A DNA stretch of 64,000 nucleotides, from assembly GCA_034723395.1 (NCBI GenBank), contig JAYEOW010000029.1, positions 1 through 64,000 of the forward strand. The letters are read 5' to 3'. A program made the translations under genes and the position numbers. This document shows, one piece after another, positions 63,081 to 64,000 of this stretch. This stretch comes from Candidatus Margulisiibacteriota bacterium. Lineage in GTDB: Bacteria; Margulisbacteria; WOR-1; O2-12-FULL-45-9. The notes beneath the pieces were generated by a model. That model made no database searches, was not told where the DNA came from, and worked only from the letters and a program-made list of their open reading frames with translations. The stretch's first letter is position 1; each line of letters starts with the position of its first letter.

Positions 63081-64000
63081 TATGACAAAAATTAGAATCA
63101 TCCAGCCCTATGACCAGGTCTCGTTTGGCCGATTTGTAGTTAATAAGCGTGACATGCAAAGACGCAGCCTGCTTGTCGAAAACCTTAATCCTGTATTTTC
63201 TTATTTTCGCAAGAACACGCCTAAAATTTTTGAGAAAGATTACTTCACTGGTTATTTCTTGGAAAATCTGAATAAAACAGGAAAAAAACATTTCGAAACT
63301 GGTGAGCCCCTTAGCCGAGCACTTTGACCAGCGCTGGGGTTGGGGAAAAATGGACAAACTGCTCAGCGTTCTTAATTAAGCTTGCTGCGAGGAAGAAGAG
63401 AAGATTGAGCTTGTCTTAGTGGGTTCACCGGGATTACCCAACTCCAAAATCAAGATACTGCCTCGGCAATGTTCAGTAGATAAGGATGATAATTTTGACT
63501 TTATAGGTCTTGCACAAAATCCTGCGTGGCTTAGGATAGCGCTTGATAGTTCCAGAATAGAACTGAATACGGTTTATACTGAAAGCGAGCTCTATCAAAT
63601 CGCGGTTGAGGAATTCGGTGAAGTCAGCCGCGAGGCGGTGGCGAGCCTTTTTATTCAGCAATATCCCTCCTTTGTCCAGCTCATGCGCCCTCGTTGCCGT
63701 GAGCACGAAGAACGCCTTTTTGTTCGCAGAGGGCGCCAACCATACTCCAATATACGGTTCGTGAACCCTCGTTGCCATGAGCACGAAGAACGTCCTGTTG
63801 TTCGCAGAGGGGGCCAGCCAAAAACTGTGCCGGTGTTTTTGCTGGAAGGCCCCGAATTTTTTTATTTCGGAAGTGAACCCGAAAGTGAACTATATACCCT
63901 GGCTTTAAAAAAAGAGATAAAAGAGATCGTAAAAGAAGGGCGGGCAGTTCCGGTTTATTTTCAAAAAAATCGAGCGGCCTATTTTACTCCTGACGCTCTG
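63081..64000 (+). pseudogene. Disrupted or split orphan gene; distal frame open to the window end
   Basis: MTKIRII... stops at 63327. A second frame opens at 63272, has TAA at 63377-63379, then stays open from 63380 to 64000 (...GSPGLPNSK...FTPDAL). Confidence 0.45.
63688..63820 (+). repeat. 55-bp direct repeat, 78-bp period, in frame
   Basis: 63688-63742 vs 63766-63820, 49/55 identical; PRCREHEERLFVRRGRQP / PRCHEHEERPVVRRGGQP. Confidence 0.85.

Noticed and set aside
62874..63357. Minus-strand ORFs 62874-63101 and 62941-63357 as a second baiN 5' end
   Set aside because: Similarity is limited to the 26-bp repeat (KVKIITNCA); the rest does not align.
63688..63820. 55-bp direct repeat as a CRISPR array or DGR template/variable repeat pair
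   Set aside because: Only two copies, in-frame 78-bp period inside an ORF, mismatches not confined to adenines, and no cas or reverse transcriptase gene in the window.

Overview
Gene-dense chromosomal window from a diderm, probably anaerobic, uncultured-type bacterium. It has SLH-domain envelope proteins, outer-membrane beta-barrels and a Firmicutes-like clpC-radA pair; the lineage cannot be fixed from this window. Contents: (i) a subtilase with a T9SS-CTD/FlgD-Ig-like tail, convergent on a 1365-aa SprA-like barrel; (ii) a yceD-rpmF-plsX-fabH-fabD-fabG-acpP-fabF operon into which an acyl-CoA dehydrogenase, EtfB and a ferredoxin-fused EtfA are inserted, plus a FabK/FabX-like FeS flavoprotein; (iii) xerC, metK, a 16-repeat secreted protein and a short SMC with no visible hinge; (iv) an SLH / PorV-like barrel / choice-of-anchor-X / histidine kinase envelope operon; (v) housekeeping genes (clpC, radA, leuC, rnc, pyrC, ruvCA, fumarase, mdh, rsmA, pdxA, lipA, pilT, pilD); (vi) tRNA-Leu(UAA) and initiator tRNA-fMet flanking a sigma54 module (rpoN, active bEBP, -24/-12 promoter with paired enhancer palindromes, small unknown protein, catalytically degenerate bEBP); (vii) an accessory tail (phasin-like protein + ABC1/UbiB kinase, BaiN-like flavoprotein, HTH-Fic, a disrupted orphan gene). 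Non-coding signals: many -10 boxes only 6-10 nt before the ATG (near-leaderless mRNAs), overlapping bidirectional promoters, and dispersed 7-nt-period repeats, some inside ORFs. No CRISPR array, rRNA or transposase was seen. Family calls are from motif recognition by eye; no database search was run.
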